The notes under the pieces were generated by a model. The model was not told the origin of the DNA. It worked only from the letters and a program-made list of their open reading frames with translations, and did no database searches. Made by a program: the position numbers and the translations under genes. Positions 18,011-28,364 of a DNA stretch of 64,000 bases are shown one piece after another (positions within the stretch are counted from its first letter, which is position 1; each line of letters opens with the position of its first letter). The DNA comes from a candidate division FCPU426 bacterium (GTDB lineage: Bacteria > Oederibacteriota > Muellerivitia > Muellerivitales > Muellerivitaceae): NCBI GenBank assembly GCA_963738405.1, contig CAVTWJ010000021.1, forward strand, positions 1 to 64,000, written 5' to 3'.

Positions 18011-18316
18011 TCAAACGATTCGATCATAGCCCCCGATCATGGTGGAATTAAGCACCGAACCTTTGAAGTATTTTTCTCGAATCTTTTTATATTCCGGGTC
18101 CGAAAAGAAGGCGTCATGGGTCGCCTTGTCCTTGAACTTGATGATAAAAAGCCGATTGATCGGCAGGGGCGATTCGGACTTTAAAACCTCGGACACCCTG
18201 AAGTCGTAACGAAAACTCCCCTCGTACTTGAAGAGAATCTGGCCCATTTCATCCCGATATTGCTGATAAAGGGCTTCATCGCCTATTTCCAAACCAACGC
18301 ATCTTTCAAATGACAT
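18011..18316 (-). CDS. DUF1330-family protein
   Basis: YQQYR..L.KY.G.F.YDF.VSEVL..INRLFII.F..FFSDPEY. Confidence 0.75.
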   Translation of the reverse strand: MSFERCVGLEIGDEALYQQYRDEMGQILFKYEGSFRYDFRVSEVLKSESPLPINRLFIIKFKDKATHDAFFSDPEYKKIREKYFKGSVLNSTMIGGYDRIV

Positions 18317-18325
18317 GGCGTCTCC

Positions 18326-19228
18326 TTACACCTTCTCCGGCTGGTACTTGCCGAAGATTCCTGCAGGTTTGAAAACGAGAATGAGAATAAGAATGGCGAA
18401 GGCCAGGGCGTCCCGGTAGGTGGAACCTCCATAACCTGCCACCATGGATTCGGCCACCCCCATCACGAAGCCCCCCATCACCGCCCCCCGGATGCTCCCA
18501 ATGCCCCCCAAAACCGCCGCCACGAAGGCCTTGATGCCGATCATAACCCCCATCAGAGGGTCCACCCTGGGGTAAGAAACCCCGACCAGGATGCCAGCCG
18601 CCGCCGCGAGGGCCGAGCCGATGACGAAGGTGAAGGAAATGATGTTGTCCGTAGGGATGCCGACGAGGGAGGCGATTTCATGCGAGTGGGATACCGCCCT
18701 CATAGCGCGACCCAGTTTGGTCTTAAGCACGATCCATTCCAGCACGATCATCAAAAAGAGGGCGGTTCCAAAAACCGTCATCTGGTGGTTGGTAATGGCG
18801 ATGGGGCCGAATTGGAGGATGGACGATTCCGGCATGATGTCCGGGAAAACCCTGGGGGTGGCGCCAAAAACAACCTGCCCCAGGTTTTCAAGAAGAAGGG
18901 AGACACCGACCGCGGTAATAAGCAGGTTCAGCCTGGGCACGTTGCGCAAGGGACGGTAGGCGAGGCGTTCCACCCAAAAACCGAGAAAGCCCGCGACCAC
19001 CATGGAAACCAAAAGAATGATGAGGAACTTGGCGAGGCTGGGGTTTTCCCCGGCGCTCAAGGCCGTGGCGGTAAAAAGCCCGGCGTAGGCCCCCACCATC
19101 ACGATATCGCCATGGGCGAAATTGATGAGGCGCAGGATGCCGTAAACGAGAGTGTAGCCCAAGGCAATGAGGGAATAGATGGAACCCAGGGCCAGACCGT
19201 TCAACAAAAGCTGAAAGAAACTTTCCAT
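18326..19228 (-). CDS. livH: Branched-chain amino acid ABC transporter permease
   Basis: NGLALGSIYSLIALGYTLVYGILRLINFAHGD, KAFVAAVLGGIG. Confidence 0.93.
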   Translation of the reverse strand: MESFFQLLLNGLALGSIYSLIALGYTLVYGILRLINFAHGDIVMVGAYAGLFTATALSAGENPSLAKFLIILLVSMVVAGFLGFWVERLAYRPLRNVPRLNLLITAVGVSLLLENLGQVVFGATPRVFPDIMPESSILQFGPIAITNHQMTVFGTALFLMIVLEWIVLKTKLGRAMRAVSHSHEIASLVGIPTDNIISFTFVIGSALAAAAGILVGVSYPRVDPLMGVMIGIKAFVAAVLGGIGSIRGAVMGGFVMGVAESMVAGYGGSTYRDALAFAILILILVFKPAGIFGKYQPEKV

Positions 19229-19368
19229 ATCCGCCTTCAAACGCTTCAATACTTCCAGAGGATGCTTGGGATTCTAACGGTCAAAACATCCACAAAGGAT
19301 AAAAAAAACATATCCAAGTAAGGGAAACAAAGCCAAAGTTAAACAACAGCCACCAACAAAACAATTTC

Positions 19369-19464
19369 TAGCCACAGATACATGGGATGCACACAGATAT
19401 ACCAAAGAAAAAATCTTTAAATATCCGTTTTTAAAATCCCATGAATCCTATGCATCTGTGGCTA
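19369..19464. repeat. Short inverted-repeat element (CACAGAT type)
   Basis: TAGCCACAGATACATGGGAT ... ATCCCATG..ATCTGTGGCTA around an AT-rich spacer. Confidence 0.7.
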
Positions 19465-19562
19465 ACAAATGGTTTCACATTGCGCTTCCGTAGTTTCAGT
19501 GCCTTGACATGGTATAGCCTGCGTCCGAAGATTAGGCCCTGCAAAATCCTTAGGAGGCTGTT

Positions 19563-20729
19563 TTGGCCAAACGCCGCACCGTTCTGATCCTCAACCTGGT
19601 ATTCAGCCTCTTCTTTCTCTTTAACGCCCTCGCCATTTTGGCGGGTTATTCGCTCTACCCGGCCCATTGGCCCGTTCTTCTCTTAAGCGCGGCCCTGGGC
19701 AACCTGCTTTGGATTCTCATCCCCTTAATCCTTCGGGGCCATACTTCCCCCTTTCTCCGAGTGACGAGGGCCCTGTTAAGCCCCCTTTGGGTTCTCTGGA
19801 CCTTCTTTATTCTTCTCAACACGATTTTTCTTTTGGCTCTCGCCCTGGTTTGGCTCGTGACCCTGCGCTGGGGAGGCCACCCCTTTTGGTCCTTCGCCCA
19901 AATACCTTTCAACGTCTTTTTAGGAGCCCTAGCCTTTATCGTCGTGGTGGGGTTTATCCAGCACCTTTTCACGGTGCGGTTGGAAAGGGTGCGGGTTCCC
20001 ATCCCCGGCCTTCCCAAAGCGTTCGAGGGTTTCAAGATCGCCATGGTTTCGGATACCCACATGGGTTTGTTTTCCCGCCTCTCCCGCATGAGGCAATTTT
20101 CCCGCCTGGCGCTAAAGGAAAACCCCGATCTCTTCACCGTCTGCGGCGATATCACGGACGACGACCCCTTCTACATGCCCAAATTTTTGAAAGGGTTGGA
20201 CCCCCTGCCCGATTCCCTTCCCCAATACGGCATCTTGGGAAACCACGATATCTACGCCAACCCGGTGAAGACGCTCGATGCCCTGAAGGGGAGCCGGCTC
20301 AAGATGCTGGTGAACGAAGGTGTGGAAATTAAGAGAGGGGACGCTTCCATTTGGTTTGCCGGGGTGGGCGACCAAGGCGGCCGTCGAATGGGCCAGCCCG
20401 GTGAATATTCGCCCGATTATGAAAAGGCCCTCAAGGGCAAACCCGAAGGCGCTCCCACAATTCTTCTGGCCCACCAGCCCCAAAACTTCAAGGAGTCCAT
20501 CCAAAGGGGGGTGGAACTGACCTTAAGCGGCCACACCCACGGAGGCCAATTTGGATTCAAGTTTTTAAAATGGAGCCTGGCCAAACCTTTTTTAAAATTC
20601 GACATGGGTTTGTTCAAGGAAGGGAAAAGCAAACTTTACGTCTCGACGGGGACGGGCTATTGGGGATTGCCGGTGCGGTTCGGCCTGTCCCCAGAAATCA
20701 CTTTGATTGAGCTGGTTCCCGAAAGCTGA
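19563..20729 (+). CDS. Membrane-anchored metallophosphoesterase (YkuE-like)
   Basis: N-terminal TM helices; SDTH, GDITD, GNHD, LAHQP, SGHTHGGQ. Confidence 0.9.
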   Translation: MAKRRTVLILNLVFSLFFLFNALAILAGYSLYPAHWPVLLLSAALGNLLWILIPLILRGHTSPFLRVTRALLSPLWVLWTFFILLNTIFLLALALVWLVTLRWGGHPFWSFAQIPFNVFLGALAFIVVVGFIQHLFTVRLERVRVPIPGLPKAFEGFKIAMVSDTHMGLFSRLSRMRQFSRLALKENPDLFTVCGDITDDDPFYMPKFLKGLDPLPDSLPQYGILGNHDIYANPVKTLDALKGSRLKMLVNEGVEIKRGDASIWFAGVGDQGGRRMGQPGEYSPDYEKALKGKPEGAPTILLAHQPQNFKESIQRGVELTLSGHTHGGQFGFKFLKWSLAKPFLKFDMGLFKEGKSKLYVSTGTGYWGLPVRFGLSPEITLIELVPES

Positions 20730-20737
20730 CCCTTCGG

Positions 20738-22012
20738 TTACATCTGCCTGAGCGCCTGGGTGTCGATATCCAGGCAGAGGATATATTGGCTCTCCCCGCG
20801 GGACCGGAAGAGAGAGGACAAGGTGACGCAGTTGTTGCCCGAGGTCATCGAAAGGTAAGGCTCGGTGAGGAAGCTGGTTTTGTTCATCCCCGCCTCGACC
20901 AGATAGTAGAAATAATCCTTCGCCGTGTGGTCCGTTCCCTTGGGCGAGGGGCGAAACAGCTTGGGATTGCGTTTTTCCCTTTCAATGGGGTTCAACACGC
21001 TGTCCGTCACCTGAAACCCGGCCTGGTCCAAGATATAGAAACATTCCACCTGGGGAAACCGGGACGCCATCTCCACCAGTTTGGAGCCGAATTGATCCGT
21101 TGAAAGGCTGGAAAGCTCCATTTGGATTTCTAAAAGAATAGAATGGAACCGGCCCATGTTGCGCCGTTTGAGCCCCACCTGTTCCAGAGAGCGGGCTTTA
21201 TATTCCCCCACCACCCCCCTTACTCTTCCCAAAATGCATGCCTCGTCAAGGTCAAAGGGCCTTTGGGGCCGGGAGAAATAAAACCCCTGGATCATATCCA
21301 CGTCCATTTCCATCAGCACCTGCGCTTCCTCGGCGGTCTCGACCCCCTCGGCGATAATGACGGTGCCCAGCCTTCGGCCCATGCGCACTAACGATTTGAT
21401 GATTTCCCTTTTATAGAAATCGTCTTGGAGGTTTTCGACCAGGTAGCGGTCGATTTTGATGATGTCGGGTTTGATCAGGGGAATGCGGTTGAGGTTGGAA
21501 TGGCCCGCGCCCACGTCGTCCAACGCGATTAAAAAGCCGTAACCCCGCAGAAGCTCGACGAAACGCTGGAGTTCCTTCGTGTCCTCGATGCTGGATTCGA
21601 TGATCTCCACCGCGATGCTGGAGGGCTTCAACCCCATCTGGGCCGCCTCATGGTGCAAATGGCCCGCGCCGACTAGGCCCATTTCCAAAACCGACCGGTC
21701 CAGGTTCAAGGTGAGGAGGTAATCGGGGGTTTGCTGATGAATTCCGCGAAAACCATCCATGACTTTTTTTCGGCAAAGCAGGTCCAGTTCCACTTCCAGG
21801 TCCTGAAGGGCGGCCTGGCGAAAGAGTTCAATGGGCGGGATTAAATTGCGGCTGGAGGGCATGATGCCCCGGGAGAGGCCTTCCAAACCCACGACGCATT
21901 GGCGTTTGAGGGACACCACGGGTTGGAAGTGGGCTTCCACCCATTCCCCCGCGAGGATTTCCTTCAGGTTGAAATTGACCGGGCCGGTTCGGTTAGCGAG
22001 CGTGGTTCCCAT
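20738..22012 (-). CDS. EAL-domain c-di-GMP phosphodiesterase with YkuI-like C-terminal sensor domain
   Basis: FQP..EGLSR, DDVGAGHSNL, IKID, EGVET, QGFYFSRP; C-terminal YILD..G.Q...PY.S...CVTLS. Confidence 0.88.
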   Translation of the reverse strand: MGTTLANRTGPVNFNLKEILAGEWVEAHFQPVVSLKRQCVVGLEGLSRGIMPSSRNLIPPIELFRQAALQDLEVELDLLCRKKVMDGFRGIHQQTPDYLLTLNLDRSVLEMGLVGAGHLHHEAAQMGLKPSSIAVEIIESSIEDTKELQRFVELLRGYGFLIALDDVGAGHSNLNRIPLIKPDIIKIDRYLVENLQDDFYKREIIKSLVRMGRRLGTVIIAEGVETAEEAQVLMEMDVDMIQGFYFSRPQRPFDLDEACILGRVRGVVGEYKARSLEQVGLKRRNMGRFHSILLEIQMELSSLSTDQFGSKLVEMASRFPQVECFYILDQAGFQVTDSVLNPIEREKRNPKLFRPSPKGTDHTAKDYFYYLVEAGMNKTSFLTEPYLSMTSGNNCVTLSSLFRSRGESQYILCLDIDTQALRQM

Positions 22013-22184
22013 GAAGTGACTCCTTCCCCAGGGCGTTTACAAATGTAGTAGGGGTCCATTAAGTTAACCGCCGGACGCAAAAACCTTCAACCGGTGAATT
22101 GGAATACTATGTTAATTATTCAAAACTGCACAAAAGGTTACCGAAAAAAGGGGGTGTTACCCAAAAGGGGAAAGGCCTTTTAAC

Positions 22185-22212
22185 AAAAAAGGCCTGATTT
22201 TTGTCAGGCCTT
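22185..22212 (-). terminator. Intrinsic terminator after livK
   Basis: AAGGCCTGA..TCAGGCCTT with a T-run on the minus strand. Confidence 0.7.
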
Positions 22213-22241
22213 CGAGAGTTCCAATTGTTTGGAAAGTGCGG

Positions 22242-23370
22242 TTAGGGATTGACGGTTGAGACGAATACTTCCTTCCCGCCGGAAATTTTTAAAACCACAG
22301 CCGGCTTCACGGCGTTGCGGTCGGCGTCGATGCTGATGGTACCCGTGATGCCCTCGTAATTTTTAATGGATGCCAGCGCGTCTCGTAAATCAGGGCCGCT
22401 CAGGCTCTTGGCGCTCTTCAAGGCCTGGGCCAAGACCCCCGCCGCGTCATAGGCCAGGGTGGCCAGGGCGTCGGGCACATGCCCCCACTTGGCCTGGTAC
22501 TTCTTTACATAGGCCTGCACCTTGGGGTCGGTGGATTGGGCCGTGAAATGATCCGAATGGTAGCAGCCCTCCAAGGCCTTGCCCCCGATCTCAAAAAGTT
22601 TGGGGGAATCCCATCCGTCCCCGCCCAGAAGCGGCTGCTTCAAGCCCAGTTCCCGGGCCTGCTGGGCGATGAGCCCCACTTCGGTGTAATAGCCCGGCAC
22701 AAAAATCACGTCCGGCTTCACGCCCCGCATGGCGGTCAGCTGGGATTTGAAATCAATGTCGCCCTGTACATAACTTTGATCCGAAACAATGGTTCCGCCC
22801 CGTGCCTTGAAGCGGGCGATGAAAAAGTCCGCCAAGCCCATGCTGTAATCGCTCTTCTGGTCGCGAAAGATGGCGGCGGTCTTGGCCTTGAGCTTATCGG
22901 TCGCGAAATCAGCCATGACCTGGCCCTGGAAGGGGTCGATAAAGCAGACCCGGAAAATATAATCCCCCACCTGGGTGACCTTGGGGTTGGTGGAAGAGGG
23001 CGAGATCATGGGGATCTTGTTGGTCTGGCAGATGGGCGCCGCCGCCAGCGAAAGCGGAGCTGGCCACTTCCCCCACGATGACCTGGGAGGCATCCTCGGT
23101 TAAAAGCTTGGTCACGGCTACCGCCGCTTCCTCGGGCTTCCCCTGATCGTCCAGGGTGGTCACCACCAGCTGTTTGCCGTTGATGCCGCCCGCAGCGTTG
23201 ATTTCGGAGACCGCAAGCATCAGCCCCTCGTGGTTGGATTGGCCGAAAGTGCCCTGGGCCCCGGTCAAGGCGGCGTATTCGCCGATTCTTATTTCGTTGG
23301 GATTTAGCTTGGGGCCGCAGGAAGCGGTCAAGAGGGCCGTCGTAATCAACAAGAGAAATAAGGATCGCAT
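22242..23370 (-). CDS. livK: Branched-chain amino acid ABC substrate-binding lipoprotein (LivK/LivJ), one frameshift near 23057
   Basis: Lipobox LTASC; INAAGGING..DDQGKPEEA..GEVASS joins, after removing one base, to LSLAAAPI..FRVCFIDPFQG..GGDGWDS. Confidence 0.88.
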
Positions 23371-23465
23371 GGACAACTCCTTCACGTAATGGGAATGCGG
23401 GCTAGGATAGGCATGTTGAGGGAAGGCCGTCAAGAATGGCAAACCGAATGAAAACAACAAAGATT

Positions 23466-23561
23466 TTCACCACCAAGACACCAAGTCGCCAAGAAAAACA
23501 GAAAAAAGAGATTAAGTAAAAAAACAAAGGTTAACTTGGTGTCTTTGTGCCTTGGTGGTAA
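23466..23561. repeat. CACCAAG inverted-repeat element
   Basis: TTCACCACCAAGACACCAAG ... CTTGGTGTCTTTGTGCCTTGGTGGTAA. Confidence 0.75.
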
Positions 23562-23579
23562 TTGGAAATTTAAAAATCT

Positions 23580-25820
23580 TCAAAACTTCTTTCCGTAAAG
23601 CCTCAGGGCGTTCAAGACCACCGAAACAGAAGAGAATGACATGGCCAGGGCCGCCCAGGAGGGGGGCACGGTGGCGAAAACCGCCAGGGGCAGGGCCAAT
23701 AGGTTGTAGCCGAAGGCCCAAAAGAGATTCTGTTGGATCACCTCGAAAGTGGCCCGGGAAATGCGGATGGCTTCCACAACCTTCTTTAAATCTCCTTGAA
23801 CCAGCACCATATCTCCCGCCTCCTTGGCCACATCGGCCCCTGTTCCCATGGCGATCCCGAGATCGGCCCCAGACAGGGCGGCCGCGTCGTTATAGCCGTC
23901 CCCCACCATGGCCACCTTGAAGCCTCGGGATTGGATCTCCCGGATATAGTTTAATTTTCCTTCGGGCCCCATGTTGGCCTTGATTTCATCCACCCCCAGC
24001 CTTTCGCCCAAACGCCTAGCGGCCACTTCCCCATCGCCCGTCAGGATGTGGATTTTCAAGCCCAAGCCCTTTAACTGGTTCATGACTTCCTGGGAATCGG
24101 CCCTCAGGGGATCATCCATCACCAGAATCGCCGCGATCTTGCGGTCGACCGAAACCAGTGAAACCGTCTGGCCCCCCTGCCGATAGGCCTCCGAATTGGC
24201 CCTTGCCTGGGGGGAAGCCACCACCCCTTCCAGTACCTCCACGAAGGCCTTGGTGCCGATGGCCACCTCGTGGCCTTCCACCAGGCCTTGGATGCCGGCC
24301 CCCGGAACTTCCTCGATGTTTTCCGCCTTGGGCAGAACCAGGTCCAGCACCATGACTTCCTTCAGAATGGCCTTGGCCAAGGGGTGGTTGGTGTGCTTTT
24401 CAAGCGCCCCGGCGTAGCGAAGAATCTTGTCCTCGGTCCAGCCTTCCAAGGGTACCAGGTCCACCAGCCGGGGTTTTCCTTCCGTTAGGGTGCCGGTCTT
24501 GTCGAACAGGATGACCTCGATCCGCCGGGATTTTTCCAAAACCTCCGCCCGCCGAATCAGGATGCTGCGCCGTGCCGCAACACCGATGCCTACCATCAGG
24601 GCGATGGGGGTGGCCAGCCCCAAGGCGCAAGGACAGGCGATGACCAGAACAGAGATGGCGTGGGTCAGTCCAACCGAAAAGGAACGGCCCGCGAAAAAAA
24701 CCCAGCCCAAGAGGGTCAAGAGGGCGACCGCTAAAACGATGGGCACAAAAATAGAAGCCGCTCGATCCGCCATCCTTTGAACCGGGGCCTTGGAACCTTG
24801 CGCTTCCTCCACCAGCCGGATGATGCGGGAAAGCGCGGTGGTTTCCCCCACCGCCCGGGCCCTGAGGGTAAGGGTATGGCCGCCGTTCAAGGTGCCCGCG
24901 AAAACCAAGTCGCCCATTTTTTTCTCCACGGGTACGGCCTCACCCGTTAAAAGGGCCTCATCCACATACCCCCGGCCTTCCTCGATTTCCCCATCCACGG
25001 GAATGGCCTCTCCGGGCCTCACGCAAACCATATCCCCCTGGGCCACCATTTCAACGGGCAGGTCTTCCTGGCGGGTTTTCTTGACCACGTGGGCCATGGG
25101 AGGTTGAAGGTCCAGAAGAAGCTCCAGAGCCCGGTTGGCCCTTTGACGGGAAAGAATTTCCAGGTAGCGCCCCAAAACCACGAAGAAGACGATAAAACTT
25201 GAAGCCTCGAAATAAACGGGACCGGGCAATCCCAAAACCGCCGGCAGTGAGGAAAGAAACGCCGCCGTGGAGCCTAACGACACCAGCGTATCCATAGAAA
25301 CTTCCCCATGAATCAGGTTTCGCAAGGCCGCCTGGTGAAAGGGCCAGCCCACCATCGCCCAAAGTGGAAGGGCCAATATCAGCTGTTCCCGCACCGAAAG
25401 ATCGAAAGGGAGGAACCACATGAAAAGATGCATCAAAAGGAAGGGCAGTATGAGGAGTCCCCCCGCCACCACCCGCCAACTTAAGCGCATGCGTTCCACC
25501 AGATAATGGTCGGCGCTTTTTTGTTCCGGCAAATAGGGTTTTAACGCGTAGCCCGCCCTTTGCACCGCCTGAACCAGGGTTTCGGTATCTTGCGTCCCCT
25601 CCTCCATCCGCACATAGGCTTTTTCGGAGGCGAAATTAACGTTGGCTCCCCGGACGCCTTTGACCTCCTTTAATTTCCGCTCCACACGGGAGGCACAGGA
25701 GGCGCAGGTCATGCCCTCCACGGAAAAAATAAGAACCGGCCGGGGTTCCCCGGCCCTGGGGTTAGACCCGGTATCAAAGGCCTTGAGGTCATCGGTTTGA
25801 GGAAGGGAAGGGGGCGTCAC
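23580..25820 (-). CDS. copA: Copper-translocating P1B-type ATPase
   Basis: GMTCASC metal-binding domain, TGE, CPCALGL, DKTGT, GDG, YN and MxxSS motifs. Confidence 0.93.
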   Translation of the reverse strand: MTPPSLPQTDDLKAFDTGSNPRAGEPRPVLIFSVEGMTCASCASRVERKLKEVKGVRGANVNFASEKAYVRMEEGTQDTETLVQAVQRAGYALKPYLPEQKSADHYLVERMRLSWRVVAGGLLILPFLLMHLFMWFLPFDLSVREQLILALPLWAMVGWPFHQAALRNLIHGEVSMDTLVSLGSTAAFLSSLPAVLGLPGPVYFEASSFIVFFVVLGRYLEILSRQRANRALELLLDLQPPMAHVVKKTRQEDLPVEMVAQGDMVCVRPGEAIPVDGEIEEGRGYVDEALLTGEAVPVEKKMGDLVFAGTLNGGHTLTLRARAVGETTALSRIIRLVEEAQGSKAPVQRMADRAASIFVPIVLAVALLTLLGWVFFAGRSFSVGLTHAISVLVIACPCALGLATPIALMVGIGVAARRSILIRRAEVLEKSRRIEVILFDKTGTLTEGKPRLVDLVPLEGWTEDKILRYAGALEKHTNHPLAKAILKEVMVLDLVLPKAENIEEVPGAGIQGLVEGHEVAIGTKAFVEVLEGVVASPQARANSEAYRQGGQTVSLVSVDRKIAAILVMDDPLRADSQEVMNQLKGLGLKIHILTGDGEVAARRLGERLGVDEIKANMGPEGKLNYIREIQSRGFKVAMVGDGYNDAAALSGADLGIAMGTGADVAKEAGDMVLVQGDLKKVVEAIRISRATFEVIQQNLFWAFGYNLLALPLAVFATVPPSWAALAMSFSSVSVVLNALRLYGKKF

Positions 25821-26029
25821 GATATCAGGCCCGCCTTATACCCTTCTTCTTCCACGGCTTGAAGGGCTTGGGCTGGGTCAAAAAGGGCGGAATGCTCAAG
25901 GGTTGCTTTTTGTTCCGAAAGGCTGACCTCGGCTTTTTTGACACCGGCCACGCCGGAGAGGGCCTTCTGGACGGTTTGCTGGCAATGCCCGCAGGTCATT
26001 CCCTCGATCCAAAGGACCGTCTGGTTCAT
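25817..26029 (-). CDS. copZ: Copper chaperone (HMA domain)
   Basis: IEGMTCGHC; translationally coupled to the ATPase. Confidence 0.88.
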   Translation of the reverse strand: MNQTVLWIEGMTCGHCQQTVQKALSGVAGVKKAEVSLSEQKATLEHSALFDPAQALQAVEEEGYKAGLIS

Positions 26030-26299
26030 AAGCGGATCTCCTAGAAAATTCAACACGTACAACTTACAAGTTATGGCTAATTTCCTTAAAAATAAAGGAG
26101 ACTTCGATGATATAGAAGTTTCAAAAAATTAGGCATAAAACATGAAAATTCCAGGGTTGAAGCCGGCACCAACATGGATAAGGTGTTGAATTGAGGGTTC
26201 AGGCCGTTTCATAATGACGCCTTCATAAGTCCCTTATTCATTTTAGGCAGCCTGCAGGGGAGTTTCCAAACCATCCACCCTTAACTATCGGAGGAGAAC

Positions 26300-28303
26300 A
26301 TGTCATCCACGGAACGTTTCAATCTGGTTCAAAAAATCATTCAAAACCACCTGGTATCGGGAAAACCCGTCGCGGGTGAGGAAATCGGAATCCGCATCGA
26401 CCAAACCCTCACCCAGGACGCCACGGGAACGATGGCCTACCTGCAGTTTGAGGCCATCGGCATCCCCACGGTCCAAACCAAGCTCTCCGTCTCCTATGTG
26501 GATCACAATATGCTCCAGACCGGTTTTGAAAACGCCGACGACCACCGATACCTGCAATCCGTGGCTTCCAAGCACGGCATTTACTTTTCCCGGCCCGGCA
26601 ACGGCATCTGCCACCAGGTCCATCTTGAAAGGTTCGCCATACCGGGGCAGACCCTCTTAGGTTCCGACTCCCATACCCCCACTTGCGGCGGGCTTGGGGA
26701 GCTTTCCATCGGGGCGGGCGGATTGGACGTGGCGGTCGCCATGGGCGGGGGCCCCTTTTACATGACCATGCCCAAGGTCTTGCGTGTGGAACTAAAGGGC
26801 AAATTAAAGCCCTGGACCACCGCTAAGGACATCATTCTTGAGGTTTTGCGGCGTTTAACAGTTAAGGGCGGGGTAGGCAAGATATTGGAATATTCCGGAC
26901 AAGGGGTGAAGAGCCTTTCCGCGACTGAGCGGGCCACCATTACCAACATGGGGGCCGAACTGGGCGCCACTACCTCGGTTTTCCCGTCGGATGAGAATAC
27001 CCGTGAATATATGAAGGCGCAGGGCCGAGGCAAGGACTGGACCCCCTTAACCGCCGACCCGGGGGCGGGTTATGACGAGGAACTGATCATCGACCTAAAC
27101 AAGCTGGAGCCCCTTATGGCCCAGCCCCACAGCCCGGATAACGTGATTGAGGTTTCCAAGCTGAAGAATGTGGACGTGAATCAGGTTTGCGTTGGGTCTT
27201 GCACCAATAGTTCCTATAGGGACCTCATGGCCGTAGCTAAGATGCTCAAGGGCAAGCATATCCACCCCAACGTCTCCATGACCGTCACCCCCGGCTCCAA
27301 GCAGGTCTTTGAGATGATCGCCAAGAACGGGGCCCTGGCCGACATCATTGCCTCCGGCGCCCGCATTATCGAGTCCGCCTGCGGACCCTGCATCGGCATG
27401 GGCCAGGCTCCCCCCTCGGGCGGGGTGTCGATCCGCAGTTTCAACCGCAACTTCGAGGGCCGTTCCGGAACCCGGGACGCCAAGGTGTACCTGGCCTCGC
27501 CAGAAACCTGCGTGGCCTGCGCCCTGACCGGCAAGATCACCGACCCCAATACTTTGGGCAAGGCCCCCAAGGTCGAGGTGCCCGACAAGTTCACCTGGGA
27601 CGACGACGGCATCATCGCCCCCTCCAAAGACCCTAAGAAGGTCGAGGTCACCCGCGGTCCCAACATTAAGCCATTGCCGGTCAAGGAACCCTTGGCCGAA
27701 ACCCTGGAAGGTGTTCTTTTGCTCAAGGTTGGGGACAACATCACCACCGACCACATCATGCCCGCCGGGTCAAAGGTGCTTCCCTTCCGGTCCAATATCC
27801 CGAAAATTTCCGAGTTCGTTTTCGAAGGCGTGGACCCCACCTTCTCCAAGCGCGCCAAGGAAGCGGGGGGCGGTTTTGTGGTAGGCGGAGACAACTACGG
27901 ACAGGGTTCCTCGCGCGAGCACGCCGCCCTGGCGCCCATGTTCCTGGGGGTCAAAGCCGTGATCGCCAAGAGTTTTGCTCGCATCCATCGGGCCAACCTG
28001 ATCAACTTCGGCATCCTGCCCCTCACCTTCGTGATGCCTACCGATTACGACACCCTGGAAGCCGGCCATCAGCTTTCCATCCCCGACTTGACGCAGGTCA
28101 TGCGGGCCGAACACCCCTTCCCGTTGAAGGACATCACCACCGGAAAGTCCATCCAGGTCATTCACGGCCTGACCGAACGCCAGAAGGAAATCATTTTGGC
28201 GGGCGGGCTCTTGAACCACACCAAGCAGGTCAGCGCCGCGGAAAAAGAGAAGTCCGCGAAGGTTTCAAAAACGCCCAAGGGCGCCAAGGCAAAAAAGAAA
28301 TAA
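26300..28303 (+). CDS. Aconitate hydratase (short Aquifex-type)
   Basis: DQTLTQDATGT, GSDSHT, GSCTNSS, CGPCIGMG, FNRNFEGR, TTDHI, GSSREHAA. Confidence 0.9.
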   Translation: MSSTERFNLVQKIIQNHLVSGKPVAGEEIGIRIDQTLTQDATGTMAYLQFEAIGIPTVQTKLSVSYVDHNMLQTGFENADDHRYLQSVASKHGIYFSRPGNGICHQVHLERFAIPGQTLLGSDSHTPTCGGLGELSIGAGGLDVAVAMGGGPFYMTMPKVLRVELKGKLKPWTTAKDIILEVLRRLTVKGGVGKILEYSGQGVKSLSATERATITNMGAELGATTSVFPSDENTREYMKAQGRGKDWTPLTADPGAGYDEELIIDLNKLEPLMAQPHSPDNVIEVSKLKNVDVNQVCVGSCTNSSYRDLMAVAKMLKGKHIHPNVSMTVTPGSKQVFEMIAKNGALADIIASGARIIESACGPCIGMGQAPPSGGVSIRSFNRNFEGRSGTRDAKVYLASPETCVACALTGKITDPNTLGKAPKVEVPDKFTWDDDGIIAPSKDPKKVEVTRGPNIKPLPVKEPLAETLEGVLLLKVGDNITTDHIMPAGSKVLPFRSNIPKISEFVFEGVDPTFSKRAKEAGGGFVVGGDNYGQGSSREHAALAPMFLGVKAVIAKSFARIHRANLINFGILPLTFVMPTDYDTLEAGHQLSIPDLTQVMRAEHPFPLKDITTGKSIQVIHGLTERQKEIILAGGLLNHTKQVSAAEKEKSAKVSKTPKGAKAKKK

Positions 28304-28317
28304 ACTTTTTTGAACCC

Positions 28318-28351
28318 AAAGCCCCGCCCTTAAAGCGGGGCTTTTTTATTT
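28318..28351 (+). terminator. Intrinsic terminator
   Basis: AAAGCCCCGC..GCGGGGCTTTTTT. Confidence 0.82.
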
Positions 28352-28364
28352 AGGGACCGCCCCA

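Noticed and set aside
22013..22184. c-di-GMP riboswitch or operator upstream of the EAL gene
   Set aside because: No GEMM-like core; only a weak GTTACC..AAAA..GGGG direct repeat
26130..26146. Sigma54-like promoter upstream of aconitase (also 52133-52150)
   Set aside because: The -12 GC dinucleotide is missing or mis-spaced
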